From the NCBI GenBank assembly GCA_048940645.1, contig JBHLOI010000005.1:1-64000 (forward strand): DNA of 64,000 nucleotides, read 5' to 3'. Source of the stretch: Promethearchaeota archaeon (GTDB taxonomy: Archaea > Asgardarchaeota > Lokiarchaeia > Sigyniarchaeales > SOKP01). This document shows positions 18,167 through 28,800 of this stretch, piece after piece. The notes below the pieces were generated by a model. The model saw only the letters and a program-made list of their open reading frames with translations. It was not told the DNA's origin and ran no database searches. The translations under genes and the position numbers were made by a program. Each line of letters starts with the position of its first letter. Position 1 is the stretch's first letter.

Positions 18167-18448
18167 ATGAGATTATCCGTGGAAGATTCCAGAACTGGTA
18201 AATTAATAAAACTTGACGTTAAAGAGCACCACCAAATTGAACGTATCATCGATATTATTATAAAGCATATGGGTATTATTAGTGTGGAGCAACGGTCATA
18301 TACATTGGTGCTTCATGACAAAGAATTACCAAATAGCATAACAATTGAAGAGGCTGTCCATAAATATGGATTAAAAGAAAACGATAAATTAGCATTATGG
18401 GCTAGAGTTATTGGTGGATATCTTTTTTTGTTTAATCATCGATTATGA
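18167..18448 (+). CDS. Ubiquitin-like protein (pro-form: GG followed by a 9-residue extension)
   Basis: Beta-grasp pattern MRLSVEDSRTGKLIKLDV...YTLVLHDKEL...YGLKENDKLALWARVIGG; adjacent to E2/E1/JAB. Confidence 0.85.
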   Translation: MRLSVEDSRTGKLIKLDVKEHHQIERIIDIIIKHMGIISVEQRSYTLVLHDKELPNSITIEEAVHKYGLKENDKLALWARVIGGYLFLFNHRL

Positions 18449-18992
18449 TTATATCATCATTATCTTCATCATTCAATTCTCTGGTATGGTATTGCTTTTT
18501 TAAGGTTTCAATATCTACTTTTTTAAAGAACTCTGCTGCTTCTAAACATATATTATAGTTAAGAGGATCGTCTGGATTTGGATCTTCTAACAATTTTTCT
18601 AATGCTTTCACAGTAGTCTCTAAATCAGACAGCCTTGACCATTGTTTTAAAATATTTAAACAAATATAACCTGTGCCTGGATTTACAGAATGGGGTAATT
18701 CAACAGGATGAATATTAGGATGAAAAATAGTAGAATACCAAGCAAAATCTATACCACCGGGGTAAGGGAAAGATCGATTTAATTTGAATAGGATGCGGTG
18801 AGTAGTTTTGGGGGATAAATTCTGAGGATCTTCTATTTCTCGAATGAAACCTAATGCTTTTAATACAATTAAGAACTCAACATTGTTTTCTTGCCAAATT
18901 ATCGAATCTTTTTCAATAATCTTGAGTTTTTCTAGACTTTTAATCTCATTATTTATTCGATCCTTCCAGATTTCAAGCGGTAATTCAGGCAT
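18432..18992 (-). CDS. Ubiquitin-conjugating enzyme E2
   Basis: FPYP, IFHPNI (HPN motif), GYICLNILKQW (catalytic Cys), LLEDPNPDDPLN...AA. Confidence 0.92.
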   Translation of the reverse strand: MPELPLEIWKDRINNEIKSLEKLKIIEKDSIIWQENNVEFLIVLKALGFIREIEDPQNLSPKTTHRILFKLNRSFPYPGGIDFAWYSTIFHPNIHPVELPHSVNPGTGYICLNILKQWSRLSDLETTVKALEKLLEDPNPDDPLNYNICLEAAEFFKKVDIETLKKQYHTRELNDEDNDDIIIIDD

Positions 18993-19038
18993 ATCTAATC
19001 TTAATCTTAAACTTTAAATTATTTAAATATATAGATAC

Positions 19039-19920
19039 TTATTTTGATTTTTTATATGAGCATGTCCAACAATCAGGATCTTTTATTTTTTCAATAATAT
19101 TAAATTTATTTGTAAGGCCATTATATATTAATTGTTTCCCAATTAATGGTGAACCAATTTCATTGTCCCAACTTTTTTTCTCTTTAAAATAATCAATACC
19201 AAGTATAAATTTAATAACTTGTTGAGATTGAATCCCTCCAATAATTGAAGTTGTAGTAATGATAGTGGCTATTTTTCTTGTTGTTTCACCATCTTTAGAA
19301 TCAATTTCTTGCCCCGTACAGGAAAATCTCTTCCACATTAAATCTAAATCTGTGCCAGTAATTCCACATTGGAGGCAAGCAGCTTCACTTACTTCAGAAT
19401 AGACTGCTTGGATAGTTCCAAAGTGACCATCAATCCCCGAGTCAATAAAGGGGGTATTATAGTAGTAAGCATAATTGTTTGCCTCAATTCGGGCCTCAAT
19501 ATTATCCAAGCAAGAGCAGATAACATCACATTGTCTATAAAGATTCTTATCTATCTTATTCAATTCTTTTTTTATGGCTACAATCTCAACATCCGGATTT
19601 AAGATCCGAGAAGCTTCTTTAATGATATCAACTTTGTATTCCTTTTTTTCTGCAGTTTTTACATTAAAAAAAACACAACGATTTAAATTAGAAGCTTCTA
19701 TAAAGTCATAATCAATTAAGTAAATTTTACCTATCCCTGCTAAAACTAGATTTTTTACAAGTTCATTTCCTGTAGCTCCAGCACCAATCACCATTATCTT
19801 AGCATTATAGATCTTATCTTGATCCCATCCCTTAATTCGTTTCTGGCGATCATACTTATCTGAATCAATTGAATCTTGCCCTATGATCTTAATATCTTGT
19901 TCTTCCTTTTTATTATTCAT
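19039..19920 (-). CDS. Ubiquitin-activating enzyme E1 (ThiF/MoeB family)
   Basis: YDRQ, VIGAGATGNE, DYDFIEASNLNR, CLDNIEAR, CLQC and CWTC Zn sites, putative catalytic Cys in RFSCTG. Confidence 0.92.
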   Translation of the reverse strand: MNNKKEEQDIKIIGQDSIDSDKYDRQKRIKGWDQDKIYNAKIMVIGAGATGNELVKNLVLAGIGKIYLIDYDFIEASNLNRCVFFNVKTAEKKEYKVDIIKEASRILNPDVEIVAIKKELNKIDKNLYRQCDVICSCLDNIEARIEANNYAYYYNTPFIDSGIDGHFGTIQAVYSEVSEAACLQCGITGTDLDLMWKRFSCTGQEIDSKDGETTRKIATIITTTSIIGGIQSQQVIKFILGIDYFKEKKSWDNEIGSPLIGKQLIYNGLTNKFNIIEKIKDPDCWTCSYKKSK

Positions 19921-19952
19921 ATTTACTCTTTAATACTTTCAATTTACACCAT

Positions 19953-20444
19953 TTAATTTTTAGATATAATTGCATTACTAATAGTTTTATATTTTTTTTT
20001 GGAAGCATTATCTAATGTGTAAAAGTCATAAGTGTCTTTGATAGGATCTATAACTAATGCGACTTGAAAATTTTCGGGAAAAAAGTGTTGTTGAGTCTTC
20101 AAATCAGTTGGAGATAGAAAACAACCTAAATTGGGATGAGAATGCCACCAACCTACAACCCATAAATTCTTGTTTTTATTATTTTTTTTTAATTTTTGAA
20201 ATTCCTTATCGTATTTTCCGGCGGTTCCTTCAATTTGAGCAAATGATACCTTATGACTATAGAATGTTTCTTCAATGAATATTTTATCTTCTATAATAAT
20301 ATAGATTTGTTCTTTCCATTTACATATCAATCCAATTAAATAACCAAATATTTCATTTTCATAATTTTTGCACAAATCTTTAATCCCATTTAAAACATTT
20401 TCATAGATATACACTGGGAACACATAATCCTTATTAATAGTCAT
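19953..20444 (-). CDS. JAB/MPN+ (JAMM) metalloprotease, Rpn11/CSN5-like deubiquitinase
   Basis: EIFGYLIG and VVGWWHSHPNLGCFLSPTD (E...HxH-x10-D), VALVIDP. Confidence 0.92.
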   Translation of the reverse strand: MTINKDYVFPVYIYENVLNGIKDLCKNYENEIFGYLIGLICKWKEQIYIIIEDKIFIEETFYSHKVSFAQIEGTAGKYDKEFQKLKKNNKNKNLWVVGWWHSHPNLGCFLSPTDLKTQQHFFPENFQVALVIDPIKDTYDFYTLDNASKKKYKTISNAIISKN

Positions 20445-20467
20445 AATTCCTGCTCGAATTTCTGTTT

Positions 20468-21352
20468 CTAACCATCAATATTATCTATAATTGAAATCGT
20501 TAACATTTTTTTAATAATCTTTAAAATTTTTCCTTTAGAAGCATCTTCCACTGCAGAAAAGCTAAAAGTTTTAAGACCAAACATTTCTTCTATCTGTTTT
20601 GAATCAATTGCAATGGCTTCTTTATCTTGGAAATTTGCTAGCATGAAAAAATGTTTATTAACTTTATTCTTTAATAAAGAGAATAGTCTTTGAGTTCGTC
20701 CTAAATTTGTAGCAGCAGAATTTGTAATAAGACAGATGATATCTGCTGAATTTAATATATCCTTATATAAATCTGAATAATTAATTAGATTATTTAGATT
20801 TACAGCTCTTATTATACACTCTTTTATTCCACTTAATCCTGAGAGCTTGATCTGTTTAAAAAGTATTTCATTCATATTATCATCTAATTCTATAATTGTT
20901 TCTGTTGGGAGTAAATTAATCATTGTTGTCTTTCCAACTCCTTTCTCTCCCGTAAATATTATATTTGGCGGAATGTAAATATTTTCCTCTATAAAGTCAT
21001 CGAAGTCATTAAAGACACTCACAAGACCAGTCCAAGTTTCTAAATAAGGACGGTATCTCTTAATAAACTCCGTCTTCATTAATTTCAAATTTTTTTTTGC
21101 ACTTTCTTCTAAATCATCTTTATCAATAGCAATAACAAAAATACATTTAAATTCATGAGAGTATGAATATACAAATTTAAAGTTCTTAAAGATTAATGAC
21201 TCAATTTTGCCGCCTTTAATTTCCCTTGCAAAATCACTAACAGCTGTAATATACCCGCTAATTATTTCGTCCCTTTTATCCAACTTGTCAAAAAAGTCTT
21301 TGGTATAGCAAAGAATGCCTCCAGGTCCTATGATAAAGATTTTTGAGATCAA
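20468..21352 (-). CDS. Longin-domain plus small GTPase-like fusion protein
   Basis: Longin-like N-terminus (IFIIGPGGILCY...IISGYITAVSDFAREI...FNDFDDFIE); P-loop GEKGVGKTT, G4-like ANFQD, G5-like FSA; no DxxG G3 motif. Confidence 0.8.
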   Translation of the reverse strand: MISKIFIIGPGGILCYTKDFFDKLDKRDEIISGYITAVSDFAREIKGGKIESLIFKNFKFVYSYSHEFKCIFVIAIDKDDLEESAKKNLKLMKTEFIKRYRPYLETWTGLVSVFNDFDDFIEENIYIPPNIIFTGEKGVGKTTMINLLPTETIIELDDNMNEILFKQIKLSGLSGIKECIIRAVNLNNLINYSDLYKDILNSADIICLITNSAATNLGRTQRLFSLLKNKVNKHFFMLANFQDKEAIAIDSKQIEEMFGLKTFSFSAVEDASKGKILKIIKKMLTISIIDNIDG

Positions 21353-21459
21353 ACTATTTCCTTTTCTATCTACACATTTGTAATTAATTTAATAAATGAT
21401 ATTAGAATTAATTAAAGTGTTTGTGAAATTAAAATTATATTTCAAAGGGATTAAAATAA

Positions 21460-21606
21460 TTGAACGATAAAGAAAAAGAAGAAAAGCTGGAAAACCATCA
21501 ACCAGAAATATTAGATGTTGAGATTAAAGAAATTACTGAGCAAAAGCCGCCTAATGACAAAATTGTTTATTATAACCTTAAAAACAATAATAAAAAAGTG
21601 AAATAA
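21460..21606 (+). CDS. Putative 48-aa small protein missed by the ORF track
   Basis: TTG start, MNDKEKEEKLENHQPEILDVEIKEITEQKPPNDKIVYYNLKNNNKKVK*; AAGGGA upstream; purine-rich, coding-like composition. Confidence 0.45.
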   Translation: MNDKEKEEKLENHQPEILDVEIKEITEQKPPNDKIVYYNLKNNNKKVK

Positions 21607-21738
21607 GCTAATAATTTATTTATTCTATTTTAAATATTTTTAATTTCAGCCATACAAATTAATAAATAGGAATAAGAACAAAAAAAAATTTTGAGAATTT
21701 AAGATCATACCTTTTTCTAAAAATTAAAAAAGTGATAA

Positions 21739-21838
21739 AAAATGTTTTAAACTGAAACATCTATTATTAATTATTCTTAAAGCTAAGAATTTTAAAATCA
21801 GAAAACCAATATTGTTTTAATTTAATATTAGTAAATAG
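21739..21838 (+). promoter_or_regulatory. Conserved upstream/promoter region, copy 1
   Basis: AAAATGTTTTAAACTG-AAC-TCTATTATTAATTATTCTTA-AGCTAAGAA...AAAACCAATA, closely matched at 25703-25800; contains TTTTAAA TATA-like box. Confidence 0.7.
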
Positions 21839-24800
21839 TTGAGGATGGTAGGAATCACTCAAGGTGAATTACTAAGTAAAGCAGAAGCAGAAAAAAATAA
21901 TTATAATTGGGAAGAAGCAGCAGATTTATATGAGCAAGTTGCTAAAGAAGAGTTAAATCAAAATAGGTTAGAATATGCTGCCAAGTTTTATGATAAGCTT
22001 GGTAATATATGCATTCGAGCTGTTTTAGCATCGAACACTAAAGAAGATTATTTATTTTGGAATGAAAAATCGGTCAAAGCTTTTCTTAAGGCGGAGGATC
22101 TTTTTAACCGGATTGATATTAACCCCCTAAGTATGGAATGTAAAGCCAAAGCTCTTAATGCTATGAGTTATGTGATTACTTCAGTTGAAGAAGCACGAAA
22201 AAATTTAAAAAAATCAGTTGATATTTTTTTAGAACTTAAAGAAAAATATTTAAAAGCGAATGATAAGAAAAACTGTGTAAGATTATCAATCCTGACGATA
22301 GAATCCATAAATTCTTTCATGTTCCTATGTAAAGATCCTTCTGAATTAGACTTTTATAACCAGATGGCTTGTAATTTAATAGAAAAGGCTTGGATACATT
22401 TAAAAGAAAATGATACAATCAAAATTAGAGAAAGATTATTGTGGGGTGAAAATATGGTAATTAATTTTAATCGGTGGGCGGAACTTACTTATGGAGATGA
22501 AAAGCAAAAGGAAATCCTAAAGAGATATTTAAAAAGATGTGAAGAAACATTGCATTTAGCTGAAAATTGCGATGATTATGATATTCTTGGAGGTATTTAT
22601 GGTGCATTTGGTTTTCAAAATTGTATATTTGGAGGACTATTAGTTGAAGAACAGAAGGAGCGAGTAAGACTTGCTGAAAAAGGATTTGAGTTATTAGAAA
22701 AAAGTATAACATTCTATAGAAAATCAAGAAATGTTCTTGGAGCTATAACTTGTCGTTATGGTTTAGATTATCAAGCTGCTATTTTTGGCAGATATGAATA
22801 TTTACAGAAAAGAATTCTAAATGATGTGCATGAAGTTCAAAAATTAGATAAAATCTTCGATAATCAATATACTGGGCTTTATTGTTTCATGGATTTTATA
22901 CCTATAAGTTATTATAACTTATTTACAGGTAGAAGTTTTTTAAAGGCGGATACAAGGAAATCATATGCAAAAATAGGGATTCAATACACCAATGAAACTT
23001 TAAAGAGACTCGCATTTGGACCTTATATAATCTTTGCATATCAGATTTTAACTCTTTTATATTCAGAGTTGGTCACTCTTGCCATAGAAGGTGATCCCCG
23101 AGAAAAATATATTCAAAAGATGTTAGATTACGCAAAAGCAGCAGAAAATATCGCTAAAGACTATAAAGGAGGAGCTGTTAGAGCGGGAGGCTTAACTTCC
23201 ATTTATAGAGCATATAAGACAATGGCAGATATTACTAAAGGTAAAAAAGAAAAAAAATTAAATCTATTAACTGCAATAGAGGCTGCAAAGAAAAATGTTA
23301 AATATTCAATAGAATCTTATAGACTATATATAACCTCTCAAATGCGTTTAGGGCAGCTTTATGAGGAATTAGGAATTCTAACAACTGAAGAAAAACCCTT
23401 AATGGAAGCAAGAGAGCTATTCCTCCGTATAATTGAAGATAGTTCGGAAAAAGGTTATTATTATTATACAGCTGCTTGTTATGAATTTATTGCTCGTTTA
23501 GAAGATCGTCTTGGAAATCACATGACTTCTGCAGAATACTATGAAAAAGCGTGGGAGGCTCATGATAAGTCATTAATAGCAATTGAATTTAAACCATTAA
23601 AAGACAGGGTTAATGAAAAGATTGAATATGCTAAAGCATGGAATTTAATTGAGAAAGGTAAGGCATATCATAAAAGAGAACAGCATTTAAATGCCAAAGA
23701 ATGTTATAGAGAAGCATCTGAGATCTTAAAAACACTACCTAGTTTTAATTATGAAGCAGTTTATTATGGAGCCTGGATAGCTTTAGAAGAAGCTGAGGAT
23801 CTTAGTAAGCAGGAAAAACATGATCAAGCTATAAGGAGCTATGAGAAAACTAGAGAACATTTTGAGAATGCTGTCTTTAGTATTAGATTTATTAGGAAAA
23901 ATGTTAGAAGGTCAAAAGAATTAAAAAAACTTGAGAAAGTAGCTAAAATAAGGATGAATCATTGTTCTGCCAGAATAAATCTTGATAAGGCAAGAATTTT
24001 AGGAAAAAAGGGAGATCACCTTGCCGCTGCTGAAAAATTTAACAATGCAGCATCTCAATTCAGAGATATTTGTGTATTATATAAAATTAAAAGAGAGCGA
24101 GCAGAATTAGAGGCAATATATTATCTCTGTAGAGCTTGGGAAAGCATGGAATTAGCTGAAAACTACGAGGATCCTGAAAAATTTGCAGAAGCGGCAGACT
24201 TATTCGCAGAAGCTAGCGATTTCTTTACGGAAAGTAAATTGAAATTCCTAGCTCAGGGTAATTCAAATTTTTGTTTAGCTCTAGAAGAAGGATGTAAATT
24301 TGATCAGTCCCATGATATGAAAATTAAAACAATATTGTATCCCAACGTTAAATTAATTCTTAGAAAAGCAGCAGATTTATATGAAAAAGGTGGTTTTAAA
24401 AATGGTGCAGACTGGGCACTTGCAACATCAATATATTTCGATGCAGCATGGTATTTAATTCAAGCCGATGATGAATTAGATATAAATAAAAAACAGGAGT
24501 TTTTAAGTTTTGGATCAAATTATTTGAAGTCAGCAGCAGAACTCTTTCGTAAAGCTGGATATCAAGACAAAGAACGAGAAATTTTAGACAGATTAAAAAG
24601 AGTCATTAAAGAGGAAAAGATACTTTTTTCCGCCTTAAACACAATTAATAAACCCTCTGTTTCAGGAAGTATTGAAGGGATAGTTACACCATCATGTCCG
24701 ATAGAAACAAGCCAATCACCACGGATAGGTGAAATTCAACAATACTCTGAAGAAGTGAGTAAATTCTTAGAAATAGATAGTAAAATAAAAAAATATAAAA

Positions 24801-25666
24801 TAGAATATAGGGATTTGTTAAAAGATTATCCAAAATCCCCAAGGAACCAATGTAGAGTTGGTGTTGCTCAAATCGGTATTTCCAATTCTGGTGCTATAAT
24901 GAATGAGTTTTATGATGAAAAACCTAAGGGGCTTCTAACACTTAAAGAAGAGAAAGTTAATGATGTTGATTCAAAAGTTAAAGAAATGATTGAAAAAGCC
25001 CATCAAGCAGGTGTAGACATATTACTTTTTCCAGAAATGGCAGTAGATCTCAAATATAGGCAATTTTTAGAGCATATATCAAATCTTGCTAAAGCATATG
25101 GAATGTATATTATCCCTGGATCATACCACGACGTTGAAACAAAAAGCAATATTAGCTTAGTCATAGGACCTGAAGGAATTCTCTGGCGACAAGAAAAACA
25201 TATCCCTGCAATAATTAGTCTAGAGAGAGGTAGATTTAAAGAAGGAATAGATACAACTACTTTACCGCATAAAACATTAGTGTGTAATACAGAATATGGA
25301 AGAATAGCTATTGCAACATGTCGGGATTTTCTTGATATGGATTTAAGGGTTGAGTTAAAAAATTTCGAGCCCCCAGTGGATATTGTTTTAAACCCAGCTT
25401 TTACGCCTGTTACAGCTGATTTCAAGGCAGTTCATTTTGATGCGCGGAGATCCATTTATGCTTACACTTTTTTTGCAAACATTGCTGATTTTGGGAACTC
25501 TCTCATATATACGCCGGAAAAAGAGCGTGTTGAAAGAAATCTCCCTCCAAAACAGGAAGGTTTAATCTATAAAGATGTAGATCTTTTTAGACTTCGTTCA
25601 GAACGGAAGAAATGGGAAAAAGAACAAAAAAAAGAAGTTCAATTTATTCAAAGTACTAGATCATAA
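21839..25666 (+). CDS. Large TPR/SNAP-like helical repeat protein with C-terminal nitrilase (carbon-nitrogen hydrolase) domain, copy 1
   Basis: About 930 aa of helical repeats (AADLYEQ, AAEKF, AADLF), then E-K-C triad LLFPEM / QEKHIP / IATCRDF. Confidence 0.85.
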   Translation: MRMVGITQGELLSKAEAEKNNYNWEEAADLYEQVAKEELNQNRLEYAAKFYDKLGNICIRAVLASNTKEDYLFWNEKSVKAFLKAEDLFNRIDINPLSMECKAKALNAMSYVITSVEEARKNLKKSVDIFLELKEKYLKANDKKNCVRLSILTIESINSFMFLCKDPSELDFYNQMACNLIEKAWIHLKENDTIKIRERLLWGENMVINFNRWAELTYGDEKQKEILKRYLKRCEETLHLAENCDDYDILGGIYGAFGFQNCIFGGLLVEEQKERVRLAEKGFELLEKSITFYRKSRNVLGAITCRYGLDYQAAIFGRYEYLQKRILNDVHEVQKLDKIFDNQYTGLYCFMDFIPISYYNLFTGRSFLKADTRKSYAKIGIQYTNETLKRLAFGPYIIFAYQILTLLYSELVTLAIEGDPREKYIQKMLDYAKAAENIAKDYKGGAVRAGGLTSIYRAYKTMADITKGKKEKKLNLLTAIEAAKKNVKYSIESYRLYITSQMRLGQLYEELGILTTEEKPLMEARELFLRIIEDSSEKGYYYYTAACYEFIARLEDRLGNHMTSAEYYEKAWEAHDKSLIAIEFKPLKDRVNEKIEYAKAWNLIEKGKAYHKREQHLNAKECYREASEILKTLPSFNYEAVYYGAWIALEEAEDLSKQEKHDQAIRSYEKTREHFENAVFSIRFIRKNVRRSKELKKLEKVAKIRMNHCSARINLDKARILGKKGDHLAAAEKFNNAASQFRDICVLYKIKRERAELEAIYYLCRAWESMELAENYEDPEKFAEAADLFAEASDFFTESKLKFLAQGNSNFCLALEEGCKFDQSHDMKIKTILYPNVKLILRKAADLYEKGGFKNGADWALATSIYFDAAWYLIQADDELDINKKQEFLSFGSNYLKSAAELFRKAGYQDKEREILDRLKRVIKEEKILFSALNTINKPSVSGSIEGIVTPSCPIETSQSPRIGEIQQYSEEVSKFLEIDSKIKKYKIEYRDLLKDYPKSPRNQCRVGVAQIGISNSGAIMNEFYDEKPKGLLTLKEEKVNDVDSKVKEMIEKAHQAGVDILLFPEMAVDLKYRQFLEHISNLAKAYGMYIIPGSYHDVETKSNISLVIGPEGILWRQEKHIPAIISLERGRFKEGIDTTTLPHKTLVCNTEYGRIAIATCRDFLDMDLRVELKNFEPPVDIVLNPAFTPVTADFKAVHFDARRSIYAYTFFANIADFGNSLIYTPEKERVERNLPPKQEGLIYKDVDLFRLRSERKKWEKEQKKEVQFIQSTRS

Positions 25667-25702
25667 CTTTTTTCCAAATCCAATTTTATGATTATTCTAT
25701 GT

Positions 25703-25800
25703 AAAATGTTTTAAACTGGAACGTCTATTATTAATTATTCTTAGAGCTAAGAAATTCAAAATCGAAAAACCAATACAGCTAATTTAGTATTAATAAAAAG
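25703..25800 (+). promoter_or_regulatory. Conserved upstream/promoter region, copy 2
   Basis: Closely matches 21739-21838. Confidence 0.7.
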
Positions 25801-28800
25801 TTGAGGATGGTAAGAATCACTCAAAGTGAATTATTAAGTAAAGCAAAAGCAGAGGAAAAGAATTATAATTGGCTTAAGGCTGCAACCTTATATGAACAAG
25901 TTGCAAATGCATTTTTAGATGAACAATCATTGGAAAAAACCGCGAAATATTGCAAGAAATTGGGTCATGCTTATGTAAAGGCATCGCATACTGCTGACAC
26001 ATCAGAAGGATTTAGAAATATAAACAACCTTGCAATTAAAGCATATAAGAATGCTTTAAATTTTTTTAACCAGATTAAAAAGAATCCAGAGGATTTAGAA
26101 TGTGAAGCAGAAATATTCAGCATCAAAGGAGTACTTGCTAATTCTGCTTTGGAAGGAAAGATAAACTTTAAAAAATCTTATGAGTTATTTGTTAAATCAA
26201 GTGAGATCTATAGAAATAATGACGATCAAGAAAGTACAGCAAGAACTTTAAGTAGTGCTACAGAATCTCTTTTTCGACTAGTATTTTGTAGTCCTGAGCA
26301 AGAGGAAATCGAAAATTATATTCAAAAAGGTTTAAAAATAGGTCAAGAAGCTTGGGTTCTTGCTAAAAAAGGTAATTATTATGATATACTTGCTGAATTA
26401 TTATATTCTATAGGAAAGTTGACTTTTCTTTATTGTTTTGTCATACCTTTTAAATGGACCGATGATTTTAGAAAGTATTTTAATAAATACAAATCAATAG
26501 GAGATATTAGTTTAAAGCTTATTCAAGAATGTACCGCTCCAGATGTAATAGCAAAAGTCAATTTATTTACAGGAATAATCTATGCCAGTTTCGCTATTCA
26601 AATTATTGAAGACTCAATCAAACAGAAAGAATATGGAGATAAGGGCATTGTGTTGATGGAAATTGGACTAAATTACATGAAAAAAGTCAAAGATAAAAGA
26701 GATATAATATATGGTATATTTTTTTTAAACTATTTAGCAACTTCTTTAAGAAGATTTAATTATGTACAAAAGAGAATATGGCAAGATGTGCATACTCTTT
26801 TAGAATTGGGGGAAGTGTATAAAGGATTATTAATTGAGCCTTATTTCCTTAGAACCATTTTCCCTGCTTTTTATTATACGAATCTTTCTCAAAGAAGTTT
26901 TATTAAACCTGATCAACAAAAAAAGTATGCTAAGTTAGCTATTCAATACTCCAAAGAATCTTTAGAAGTTTTTTCTTTCTTACCTATGTTAACTTGGTCA
27001 TACCAAGCATTAACATGGTCTTATTCAAAATTAGCATATCTTACAAATGTACAGGATGAGCAAAATAAATATATAAATAAAATGACTAGTTATGCTAAAA
27101 AGGCAGAGAATCTAGCTAAAAATTATAAAGGAGGGTTTTCTGTAGCAGCAGGATACTCATCTTTATTTAAAGCCTATAAGACTCAGGCAGATTTATCAAA
27201 AAAAGCTGTAAAAAAAATAGAATTGCTTAAATTATCAATTGAAGCTCATAAGAATTACCTTGGAAATGAAGTTGAATCTCCTACAGGAATAATTGCAGCG
27301 CAAATACGCTTAGGATTATTATACCAAGAACTCGGCATTCTAACTCAGCAATCTGAAACATTTGAACGAGCTAGAGATGCATTTCTATTGGTTGAACAGG
27401 AAAGTAAGAGGAGGAAATTCTTTTATTATACTGCCACTGCTTATGAATATCTTGCTCATATAGAAGACCGAATTGGAAATTATTCTGACTCTGCAAATTA
27501 TTATGAAAAAGCACGAGAAATTTATCAGAATTTACTTGATACTGTAGAACAAAAACCTCTAAGAAAGAATATTATAGAAAAAGTTGAATATACAACAGCC
27601 TGGAATTTAGTAGAGAAGGCTAAGTCATTCCATAGGAATGAAGAACATCTAATGGCAAAAGAAAGTTATCAAAAAGCAAGTGAAATCCAAAATAATATTC
27701 CAAAGTTCAATTTTGAATCCCACTACTATGAAGCATGGGCATTATTGGAAGAAGCGGAACATTTCAGCAAGCAAGAAAAGCAAAGGGAGACAATTAATAA
27801 GTATAAAGAAAGTCAAAATGCCTTTGAAAACACTATAGATATTCTAGTTGAGAAATCAAAATCTTCGAAATTAAGAGAAGTTAAAGAGAGAATAGAGAAA
27901 CTTGAGAAAGTTGCTAAATTAAGAATAAATTATTGCTCTGCAAAGATAAATCTGGAGGAAGGTAGGATTTTGGGAAAGCGGGGCGAGCACTTTAAAGCTT
28001 CTGAACGTTTTGGAAAAGCTGCTTCTCAATTTAGGAATGTATGTACGCGATATAAAATAGAAAAAGAAAGAAAAGATCTTGAAGCAATATATTATCTTTG
28101 TAGAGCTTGGGAAAATATGGAGCTTGCTGAAAATTATTTGGAGCCAGAAAGATATGCAGAGGCTGCAGATCTTTTCTTGAAGGCAAGTCAACTCTTTCAA
28201 GATAGCAAAATGAAATTATTGGCATCAGGAAATTCTGCTTTCTGTAATGCTTTAAAATTAGGATGTAGATTTGATGAGTCTTATGACTCAGAAACTAAAG
28301 GGAAGTTGTATCCTAACATTAAAGCAATGCTAAGAGGAGCTGCAAATTCTTATGAGAAGGGAGGTTTTAAAAATGGTGCAGATTGGGCTATAGGTACTTC
28401 TACTTATTTTGATGGTGTATGGCATGTAATTAAAGCAGATGAAGAGCTGGATCTAGAAGAGAAAGAAAGACTTCTCAAATTAGGAGAACAAATTCTAAAA
28501 TCAACAGCAGATCTTTTCGGTAAAGCAGGTTATGAAGATAAACAAAATGAAGTATTGAATCGTATTGAATTGATTAAAAAAGAAGAAAAGATTTTATTTT
28601 CTGCTTTAAATTCGATTAAAAAGCCTGAAATCTCTGGAAGTACAACTGGTATTATTGCTCCAGCTTGCCCTATAGAAATTAGTCAATCTCCTAGATTAAG
28701 TGAAGTACATCAAATCACAGAAAATATAATAAGAAGATATGTAGAAGAAAAAACTGAACAGAAAAAATATGAAATTACATATACAGATTTTCTTAAACAA

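Noticed and set aside
19039-19920. Interpreting the E1 as a MoeB/ThiF sulfur-transfer enzyme
   Set aside because: The adjacent E2 with HPN and catalytic Cys, the JAMM protease and the ubiquitin-like protein point to protein conjugation; no cofactor-biosynthesis genes are nearby.
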